A program made the position numbers and the translations under genes. DNA of 64,000 nt from a bacterium (GTDB taxonomy: Bacteria > Patescibacteriota > Minisyncoccia > Phycocordibacterales > UBA6899). The stretch covers positions 5,046 through 69,045 of the forward strand of contig JAJZQJ010000002.1 of assembly GCA_021851895.1 (NCBI GenBank), in the 5' to 3' direction. Below are positions 56,549-64,000 of this stretch, piece by piece. The notes beneath the pieces were generated by a model. The model ran no database searches. It saw only the letters and a program-made list of their open reading frames with translations, and had not been told where the DNA came from. Within the stretch, counting starts at the first letter, position 1. Every line of letters begins with the position of its first letter.

Positions 56549-58659
56549 TGCGCGTATGATCGGTCGAGTAGTCCGCCAAAGTCCTCACTTGTATCCATGG
56601 TAAGCGTTATCAGTGTCTCTGCACTGTAGTCGTTTCTTAAAAGCACGCGTACCGTTCCTCCATTGCGTTTGATGATCGCGCGCACCTCGCTGTCATCACT
56701 TGCGGAAAGACATCGACGTTGTGCATCAAGCTCGTGGTCAGGGAGGACCCCAGAACTTGGATCAAAGGATTGCCTGACGTCTATCTCGACATCCTTGTCG
56801 TTTGGGGTGACCTTAAAGGTGATGTATTCACGGTGAAAACATTCCGTATGGAGCATCGCATCGAGTAATCGGACGAATGCCTCGTAAACTTGTTGTTGGT
56901 CGCAAGAAGCATAAATTGTTTCGGGAAGTTCAAAGGTGAGCTTTCCGTGCGTATTTCTCGTGCGGGCCTTGTAGTCATCCGCAAGTTTGTGGAAGAGTGA
57001 GGAGAGGTCAGTGCGCGTCACTGTCGGTCGTGCTTGTTCTCTTTCGAGTTCAGTAAGTCGTTGATCGAATTCAAGATGTATCTTCTCGAGCGATTCCTCC
57101 GCAGGTGGTAGCGATTTGATGCCGAAGAGTTTCATTCGGTCCATTTTTTGTCTGAGGAGGTGGAGCGCATTGTGCCCGTGAATATGTAGCGTCCTGAGGA
57201 GCTGTGTGATCTTCATGTTCTTTCGCGCTGCTTGCTCGCAGAGTTTGCGCGCCTCATTATCATTTGACGTCGTAAGCATGCTGATCTTCGCTCGGAATGT
57301 CGCCTCGGCGAGCGCAGAGGAGAGGGGGACAAGGAGGCGTTCGATCAAATTGATATCTTGCTTGGAATATCCTCTCTTGTCGACGCGTTCACTCAGTAAG
57401 AGCAATCCATAGAGCGTATGTTGTGATGAGAGTGTGACGATGAGCGAAGCGCCATAAATGTTCCGCAATTGTTCGGCGAGTTTCTCTCTTTTTGTAGGTA
57501 CACCGATTTCACTTTGCGCAGTCGTCTCAAGGACAAGTATCGTGGGTTCTACAGTGAGGTCGGGATCATGTGATCGTATGTGTTCAAGAAGGTCGACTTC
57601 ATGTTCATTCGTCTCTTTGTCGGTAATGAGAAGAGAGCGCTCGGTGCTGAAAATATCCTTACAGAGTTCAGTTGTTTTTTGGGTGATTTCGGCTATCGAG
57701 TATTGTTCTTCGAAGAGTCGTATTGAGAATGCAGCTATTTTTTGTTCTCTGAGTTTTTCTCTTGGGCCCGCCGCGAGTTTTGTTGCTGCATTTTCAAAGA
57801 ACGGTGCTATACGGAGCGAGAGGAGGAGTGTAATGAGGAATGCAGTGTGATAGGTGAGCACATTATGACCGCGCGCTATTGGTCCAACGATGAGTAGTGC
57901 GATGAGGTAGATCACTCCAGCGAGAAGGAAGAGTGAGATTTTGCTGATGACAGTATAAAAGACGTATTTCGTATCAACGTAGTAATATTGTTCAACGATC
58001 TTTATTGTGATGAATGCATATGCGAAAGCGAAAACAGGGCTGAAATCAGTCATTGTTGTGATGCCGAGGAAGCCTGACAGTATGATGCCAGAAAAAAGCT
58101 GTATGACGGTGAACGCAACGATAGAAAAGGAGATGAACGTGAGCTGTTGTTTGAGTGTCGCATTCCGTGTTTCTTTGTGCCGTGAATAAAGCGTACTAAT
58201 TGCAAGGCCAAGGTATATGAAGAAAAGCATTGGCACGATGAAGAATCCAGGACCGCTCACGACTCCGAGTAAGCCATCCGCGCGATAACTGAAGTCATTG
58301 AAGAGCGTTCCAGGAATGAAAGAAAGGACACTGGCGATGATCGCTGGGGCGGAAAGGAGTGCAAGTACGCGCTGTGGTTTGTTGTCGGGGAAGACATATA
58401 CAAACCATAAGATCGACACAGAAAAAAGCATACTGCTCGCATAGAGAGTTTCAAGGATAATAGGGTGTTCGATCCAGAGGCTAAGGAGCGTGGCGAGTGT
58501 CCAGGCGCCGCTGCTTACGATGATCCCGGCCATCGCATAAGTGCCCTGTGTGTGCACTTTACGGAAGGCGGTCTTCAAAAAGAGTGCAACGCTTCCGAAT
58601 AGGGTGAGCATCAGCACGATCTTCAGGATGACAATGGTGATCTCAGTGGTGTCATTCAT
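56545..58659 (-). CDS. 7TM-GAF receptor with degenerate kinase core (paralog of 52717..54843)
   Basis: Same architecture and length (704 vs 708 aa); WFVYVFP, GLLLLSERVDKRGYSKQD; no DxGxG or GxGLGL; only IIKRNGGTV remains. Confidence 0.75.
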   Translation of the reverse strand: MNDTTEITIVILKIVLMLTLFGSVALFLKTAFRKVHTQGTYAMAGIIVSSGAWTLATLLSLWIEHPIILETLYASSMLFSVSILWFVYVFPDNKPQRVLALLSAPAIIASVLSFIPGTLFNDFSYRADGLLGVVSGPGFFIVPMLFFIYLGLAISTLYSRHKETRNATLKQQLTFISFSIVAFTVIQLFSGIILSGFLGITTMTDFSPVFAFAYAFITIKIVEQYYYVDTKYVFYTVISKISLFLLAGVIYLIALLIVGPIARGHNVLTYHTAFLITLLLSLRIAPFFENAATKLAAGPREKLREQKIAAFSIRLFEEQYSIAEITQKTTELCKDIFSTERSLLITDKETNEHEVDLLEHIRSHDPDLTVEPTILVLETTAQSEIGVPTKREKLAEQLRNIYGASLIVTLSSQHTLYGLLLLSERVDKRGYSKQDINLIERLLVPLSSALAEATFRAKISMLTTSNDNEARKLCEQAARKNMKITQLLRTLHIHGHNALHLLRQKMDRMKLFGIKSLPPAEESLEKIHLEFDQRLTELEREQARPTVTRTDLSSLFHKLADDYKARTRNTHGKLTFELPETIYASCDQQQVYEAFVRLLDAMLHTECFHREYITFKVTPNDKDVEIDVRQSFDPSSGVLPDHELDAQRRCLSASDDSEVRAIIKRNGGTVRVLLRNDYSAETLITLTMDTSEDFGGLLDRSYAH

Positions 58660-58740
58660 AGAGGATGAGACTTATACTTTACTTTAGTATACCATGAGCC
58701 CTCGGAAGATGAAAAAAGACGCACAAGGTGCGTCTTCCTT

Positions 58741-59397
58741 TTATTCGAGGTGGGCGAGATCTCCACTCCAGAGTCGCCATCCTACATATGGCCCCGAGAA
58801 GCGATGGTATTTCCCATGGGTGAACTTCACGATGCCCGAATTTCCCATATAGGCAGGCATTCGTTCAAGTATCTCGGAGGTGACTGCGTCCCCATGAATC
58901 GCAACATTGAATAAATAGGTACAAAAATTTCCGTGTGATACAACCGCGATGCAGTCGTCGTCCATTTCAAGAAGGTGGGCGAGCGCACGCGATGCCCTGT
59001 TTCGTGCTTGCGTAAATGTTTCCCCATCTTCGTAGGTGAAAAGGGGATCATGGTATCGCTTTATAAGGGAACCGATCGTGCTTAGCGCATCGGGGTGATC
59101 GACGTTGAGTCCCCAAATACGTGATGGGTGCAGACATTCATGGAAAAGGGGTGAATATTCTACGGGCACTCCAGTCGCTTTCGCGATCGCTTCGGCGGTC
59201 TCTCTTGCACGGAGGAAGTCGCTTGATACTATCTTCGTGAAAGCAAATTTGCTTTTTGCGCGCGCGAGGCGCGCGGCAAGGAGCTCAACCTGCTGTTTCC
59301 CATTCGTATTGAGTGGTTCGTCAGGACTCTGTATTGTTTGTGTTAGGTTCGAGTTAGTCTGCCCATGTCGTATGAAGAAGATCGTCTTTTCACACAC
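58741..59397 (-). CDS. histidine phosphatase family protein
   Basis: FFIRHGQT, SSDFLRARETA, DGET, VVSHG; GTG start after AAGGAG. Confidence 0.9.
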   Translation of the reverse strand: MCEKTIFFIRHGQTNSNLTQTIQSPDEPLNTNGKQQVELLAARLARAKSKFAFTKIVSSDFLRARETAEAIAKATGVPVEYSPLFHECLHPSRIWGLNVDHPDALSTIGSLIKRYHDPLFTYEDGETFTQARNRASRALAHLLEMDDDCIAVVSHGNFCTYLFNVAIHGDAVTSEILERMPAYMGNSGIVKFTHGKYHRFSGPYVGWRLWSGDLAHLE

Positions 59398-59679
59398 CGT
59401 CGCTCCTTGAAGATTCTCAGTCGATACTAGTCGATGTTGAGCTCTCGCGCAAGCATCATGTAAGATGATCATCTTCGAGTATGCGTTGCTCTTCGTGTGA
59501 AAAAATTTTCTTTCGATAAAAAGTTATCCACACTAAAATCTTTTTCATCATTGTTCTTCACTCCAATGTGCGGGATAATAAAGTAAAGAGTGTCCTTGTG
59601 CTTGCACAGTGAGACTCTCCTCGCTTACTCGTGGTCAGCGTAAGCTCTTTATCATCGTACACACTTCTCAAAAAATATC

Positions 59680-59796
59680 ATGGCAGTAGCAAAGAAGAAG
59701 GCAGTCAAGAAGGTTGCTAAGAAGGCGGTCAAGAAGGTCGCTAAGAAGGCAGTCAAGAAGGTTGCTAAGAAGGCAGTAAAGAAGGCAAAGAAGTAA
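59680..59796 (+). CDS. 38-aa Lys/Ala/Val histone H1-like protein (not in the ORF track)
   Basis: MAVAKKKAVKKVAKKAVKKVAKKAVKKVAKKAVKKAKK; 24-nt tandem repeats varying at third positions; followed by a terminator at 59814-59843. Confidence 0.85.
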   Translation: MAVAKKKAVKKVAKKAVKKVAKKAVKKVAKKAVKKAKK

Positions 59797-59851
59797 TTCT
59801 TTCTCTCACATATTTAAAACCGCTCCTCGTGAGCGGTTTTAAATATGTTCC

Positions 59852-60034
59852 GTTTTTCGCATCGCTGCTTTGCAGCAATGAGCGGTGCTGCGCACCCGCT
59901 TGCGAAAAACTGGTTTCTACTGCTTTGGTTTGGCCCCGGTTATTTTGCCAGGGGAGGCCTCACGCTTCGCTCTCGCGGTACCATTGTACCGCTTCAAGCT
60001 CCAGCGAGGCCTCCTCTGCCAAAATTCCTCGGGG
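59852..60034. repeat. non-coding multi-hairpin element
   Basis: GTTTTTCGCA...TGCGAAAAAC (59852-59910) and ATTTTGCCAGGGGAGGCCTC...GAGGCCTCCTCTGCCAAAAT (59942-60025). Confidence 0.55.
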
Positions 60035-60238
60035 TTTCATGGGGCAGGGCGGGTGCGATTCGCGCAGGAGCATGATTTTATGTTTGTCGTAGATACGGAG
60101 GGGGTTCATGGGTTTGGGCGTGTAAAATGCGCACAAAATACTCGGGGTTTGATTAAGAGGGAAAAGGCGGAGCAGTGCATTTTACATTACGATTATCCAT
60201 GTTAGTCTTCTCTAAGACATAACACCACCAAGGAGAGC

Positions 60239-62278
60239 ATGATGAAATATACCAACCATAACGGACTGACGCTCCCTTTGTGGGAGTCCTTTACAACCGA
60301 AGGTTTCCTCGATGAACTCAAGGAGTTCCATCAGAAGGGGCTTGCACTTGCAGACGAGGTCGCGGCGCTTCCTGCTCCGACTTTTGCTGATGTCGTGAAT
60401 CGTTTCGAGGAGCTCGACGTTATCCGCAATTTGCACGTGCGCACGCTTTCACACATGAAGAGCGTTTCGCTTGATGCCTATCCAGGAATCGATAAGATCG
60501 AGAGCGATTGTTACGCGCAAGAAAGCGCATATGAGTCAAATATCGATTTTCACAAAGGCCTCTATCAGGCACATCTGTACGTGCGAGCACATGAATATGA
60601 AAGACTCGATGCAGAGCAGCGCTACATCATTGATGAGCGCATCAAACAGTTCGAGCAGAACGGTGTTTCGCTCCCAGAGCAGAAACAGGCTCGCTTGCGC
60701 GAACTCTATGAGGAGATCGCGCGTGATCAGAGTCTTTTCGAGACGAATGTCGTCGGTGCAACCGATGGCTGGTCACTGTCAGTGCACGATCGCGAGCGAC
60801 TCAATGGCGTCCCCGGGGACGTTATCCGGGCCGCAGCGCAGTTAGCAAAAGAGAAGGATGTTGAGGGTTTCCTCATTTCCCAAAAGACGAATGTTGTGCT
60901 CACCGTTCTTGATTACGCTGAAGATCGTTCACTGCGTGAAGAGCTTTGGCGTGCATTCAGTACGCGAGCCTCCGAGCTTGGTCCGGCTGGTGCTGAGTTC
61001 GACAATACTCCCGTGATGGAGCGATTGCTTCGAAACAGGAATGAATCCGCCGTACTCCTTGGTTTCTCCTCTCATGCGGAGCATTCATTGCAGCCCAAGA
61101 TGTCTGGTTCTGTCGGCGTCGAAGGGGTCACGAATTTTCTCGCGACGCTTGCAGGTGCATCGCTTCCGAAGTCCTATTCCGATCGCACTATACTGCAGGA
61201 CTTTGCAGCGCAGGAGCTCGGTATCACCGACATTCAGCCCTGGGACATCGGTTATGTTTCCCGTGTGTACAAGGATCGTTTTCTCGCCATTGACGACGAG
61301 GAGATCAGGGATTACTTACCTGCGGGTAAGGTCATTGATGGCCTACTCGGCCTTATCCAGCGTTTCTATGGCTGTACACTCAGGGAGTCAAAGGTAAGTG
61401 TTTGGCATCCGAGTGTTCGCTTTTTCGAACTATGCGACGAAAGTGGGGAGGTCTTCGGTGGTTTTTACATCGACCTACTCGCCCGTCCTGGAAAGCGAGG
61501 CGGCGCATGGATGAACGACCTAGGTTGGCGACTCGACCATGATGGAATAAAACAACTTCCCGTCGCCTTCCTCTGCTGTAATTTCCGTACGCCAAGTGGT
61601 GGTGGAGAACCCTATCTCACTCATGATGACGTCGTCACGACGTTCCATGAGACGGGGCATGTGTTCCATCACCTTCTCGCACGAGCGCACTATTTCGATT
61701 CCGCGATGATGTATGTCGAGTGGGATGCGATCGAATTGCCTTCACAGCTCATGGAGCATTGGGCGTGGAGTAAGGATATGCTGCGCGACATGTCTGCGCA
61801 CAAAGACACTGGAGCACAGCTCCCTCGCGAACTCATCGATAAGATGATCGCTGCGAAGCATTATCTCGCAGGTCTTGTCTATGGGCGTCAGTTCGGCCTC
61901 GCGCTTTTCGACTGGAATTTGCACAAGAAGGAACCTGTCGCCATCGACGGGATCATGTCTTGCTTCAGAGATGCGATGTCTCACACGAGCGCTTCTCCAG
62001 TGCACGAAGGTGCCCGTGGGCCGCATAATTTCACGCATGCTTTTGGTGGCGGATACGATGCAGGTTACTTTAGCTATTCATGGGCGAATAGTCTCGTTGC
62101 CGACGTTGCTGCGGCATTCGATGATGCAGGAAAGGATGGTGAAGTTGCAGTAGCGCTTCGTTATCGAGACGAGATCCTTGCACCAGGCGCGAGTCGTCCG
62201 ATCGCTGAGTCGTTCCGTGCGTTCCGAGGCCGTAATCCTGACCCGAAGTATCTCATTCCGTATATCGGTTTGAATTAA
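60239..62278 (+). CDS. M3 family oligopeptidase (oligopeptidase A-like)
   Basis: RPGKRGGAWM, FHETGHVFH, EWDAIELPSQLMEHW, GGYDAGYFSYSWA, FRGRNP. Confidence 0.93.
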   Translation: MMKYTNHNGLTLPLWESFTTEGFLDELKEFHQKGLALADEVAALPAPTFADVVNRFEELDVIRNLHVRTLSHMKSVSLDAYPGIDKIESDCYAQESAYESNIDFHKGLYQAHLYVRAHEYERLDAEQRYIIDERIKQFEQNGVSLPEQKQARLRELYEEIARDQSLFETNVVGATDGWSLSVHDRERLNGVPGDVIRAAAQLAKEKDVEGFLISQKTNVVLTVLDYAEDRSLREELWRAFSTRASELGPAGAEFDNTPVMERLLRNRNESAVLLGFSSHAEHSLQPKMSGSVGVEGVTNFLATLAGASLPKSYSDRTILQDFAAQELGITDIQPWDIGYVSRVYKDRFLAIDDEEIRDYLPAGKVIDGLLGLIQRFYGCTLRESKVSVWHPSVRFFELCDESGEVFGGFYIDLLARPGKRGGAWMNDLGWRLDHDGIKQLPVAFLCCNFRTPSGGGEPYLTHDDVVTTFHETGHVFHHLLARAHYFDSAMMYVEWDAIELPSQLMEHWAWSKDMLRDMSAHKDTGAQLPRELIDKMIAAKHYLAGLVYGRQFGLALFDWNLHKKEPVAIDGIMSCFRDAMSHTSASPVHEGARGPHNFTHAFGGGYDAGYFSYSWANSLVADVAAAFDDAGKDGEVAVALRYRDEILAPGASRPIAESFRAFRGRNPDPKYLIPYIGLN

Positions 62279-62410
62279 CATGAAACACCCCAATTGGGGT
62301 GTTTTTTATAGTGCCCATGTCAAAATTCTCTAGAGCATGTTCTGGTGTAGATGACGATTGACGATGACTTGGTCGATGCTATCGTTAAGAGAGACCAGAA
62401 GGGAGGCACT

Positions 62411-64000
62411 ATGCAGTATCGACGTTTTGGAAGCCTGCGACTCCCCGTATGGAGTACATTTTCAACAGAGGGAATCATTCCGGAACTCGAGAAGTTGATC
62501 CGCGAAGGCATGTGTCTTGCATGGCGAGTATCTACGAAAAAAGATCCCCGATTCGAGGATTTAGTGACGCGCTTCGAAGAACTTGAAGAGCGCATCTGGC
62601 GTCTCGTGAGCCCACTGTATCTTTTGTGTGATACCGATATAGCGCGCTATCAAGGGATTGAGTCGGTCAAGAGTACTGTTGAGGGTATGATGTCTCGCTA
62701 TACGGTGAGCTTGAATCTTCGACGCGGGCTGCTTCGCGTTGCGAACAACATCATTTCGCGACCCGGTTTTGGCAGGCGACCTGCTGAAGATAGATTCATC
62801 ATCGAGCGACTTGCAGTAACGATCAAAGAATCAGGAGGAGGTCTTTCGCGCCAACAAAAGCGAAGACTTCATGATCTTTCACTGCGTCTCGTTGCACTCG
62901 AAAGTCTTTATCAGAGAAACGTCATAACGTCCATCGATTGTTGGACGCTCGATGTGCACGATGAGCAGTCGCTCGTCGGGATCTCTTCTGATGTCCTTCT
63001 CGCTGCGAAGTCTCGAGCGATGTCTCTCGGAAAAGAAGGATATGCGTTTAGTCTGCAACATCATGATTATCTTTCTATCATCGAATTTGCGGCATCTCGT
63101 GAATTGCGCAGGAAGATGTGGCGTGCCTATAACTCTCGTGCATCAAGGACTGGGCCAGGCGGCCCAGAGTGTGATAACGGACGGGTCATGTGCCAGATCT
63201 TGAAAGTGCGTGATGAGATCGCAAAGTTGCTCGGTTATGCGAATTTCATAGAACAGAATATCGGTTCCACGATGGCAGAGAAGCCATATGTGGTTGAAAC
63301 ATTTCTCGCTCACCTTGCAAAGGCTACGAAGAAAAAGTGCAAAGAAGACAAGAGTGTGCTTAGGAGATATGCCAGGGAAAAACTTGGAATAAGAGAGCTT
63401 CGTGACTGGGATATCGCATTTGTTGAGCGTTGCATGCGTGACGAACTTTTTCACATTAACGATGATCAGTTCCGCGAATACTTCACTGAAACCTCGATCA
63501 CGAAGGGTCTTGCAAGCCTTTTGGAACGTCTTTTCAATTGTACTATGGTTGAAAAAGAAGTACCGACTTGGCACGAAAGCGTTCGCTTTTTCGAAGTGCA
63601 AAATACTAAAGGGAGAGCGATTGGAGGTTTTTACCTCGATCTCTATTCACGTCCAGGAAAGGCAACTGATGCCTGGGCGGTAAGTATCATGATGCGCTAT
63701 CAGCGACGAGGGCGCCTGCAGCGACCGGTCGTCGGAATCTGCGCAAATGTGCGGAATCCGCCTGAAGGAGAAGTCGCAACTTTTACCCATCGCGATATCT
63801 GTGAGATCTTTCATGAATTTGGTCACGCGATGCATCTCTTGCTTGGGACGAACAAGCATCGCGATAGTAGTGGCTATTATGTTGAGACGGACGTGGGCGA
63901 AGTGCCCTCGATGCTCCTTGAAGAGTGGGGCTGGAAGAAAGAGATGCTTCGATTGATCTCTGGACACAAAGATGATGGTACAAAGATTCCCGAGGCGATG
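62411..64000 (+). CDS. second M3 oligopeptidase paralog, 3'-truncated by the window edge (not in the ORF track)
   Basis: GGGAGG SD, MQYRRFGSLRLPVWSTFSTEG aligns with the upstream paralog; in-frame FHEFGHAMH at about 63809 and EVPSMLLEEW. Confidence 0.88.
   Translation, partial: MQYRRFGSLRLPVWSTFSTEGIIPELEKLIREGMCLAWRVSTKKDPRFEDLVTRFEELEERIWRLVSPLYLLCDTDIARYQGIESVKSTVEGMMSRYTVSLNLRRGLLRVANNIISRPGFGRRPAEDRFIIERLAVTIKESGGGLSRQQKRRLHDLSLRLVALESLYQRNVITSIDCWTLDVHDEQSLVGISSDVLLAAKSRAMSLGKEGYAFSLQHHDYLSIIEFAASRELRRKMWRAYNSRASRTGPGGPECDNGRVMCQILKVRDEIAKLLGYANFIEQNIGSTMAEKPYVVETFLAHLAKATKKKCKEDKSVLRRYAREKLGIRELRDWDIAFVERCMRDELFHINDDQFREYFTETSITKGLASLLERLFNCTMVEKEVPTWHESVRFFEVQNTKGRAIGGFYLDLYSRPGKATDAWAVSIMMRYQRRGRLQRPVVGICANVRNPPEGEVATFTHRDICEIFHEFGHAMHLLLGTNKHRDSSGYYVETDVGEVPSMLLEEWGWKKEMLRLISGHKDDGTKIPEAM

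Noticed and set aside
59690-59793. 24-nt tandem repeat as a CRISPR array or VNTR
   Set aside because: No spacers or cas genes; it is in frame and explained by the Lys-rich protein
1-64000. Alternative genetic code (TGA read as Gly, as in some CPR lineages)
   Set aside because: Long conserved genes are intact in code 11, and several end at TGA at the expected C-terminus (for example tldD, ABC-F)

Overview
A 64-kb, gene-dense bacterial window in the standard genetic code. It most likely comes from a Patescibacteria/CPR (Parcubacteria-like) genome. That assignment is inferred from the Gmad2, DUF5666, DUF5667 and DUF5652-like genes, the N-methylated pilin, the 7TM-GAF kinases, the many leaderless-looking starts and the lack of core biosynthetic operons. 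Content in order: chromate transporter; PAS hybrid kinase; MarR, two efflux adaptors and an MFS pump; DgkA and PAP2; a kinase and a pilin; TldD/PmbA; a free-standing HNH gene; tRNA-Asn(GTT) split by a 258-nt group I intron and followed by a hairpin-rich element that duplicates the tRNA 3' end; a RadC/type I R-M island with a half-size HsdS, DinD, a membrane coiled-coil insert and YgjP; a run of single-gene units punctuated by GGGG-N5-CCCC palindromes around a REP-associated tyrosine transposase, including a PHPT1/Janus-Ocnus-like protein; ornithine decarboxylase; msrA/msrB; mscL; an FMN-binding/ApbE/RnfD-FNR flavinylation operon; ABC-F; mgtA; a 'thermostable hemolysin'-type GNAT gene between two catalytically degenerate 7TM-GAF kinase-like receptors; a 38-aa Lys-rich histone-like gene missing from the ORF track; and tandem M3 oligopeptidases. 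The best candidates for new biology are the GNAT plus 7TM pseudo-kinase module (52.7-58.7 kb), the HNH/intron-tRNA/3'-duplication module (16.3-17.3 kb) and the PHPT1-like protein (35.5-35.9 kb). All family calls come from reading motifs by eye; no database search was run.
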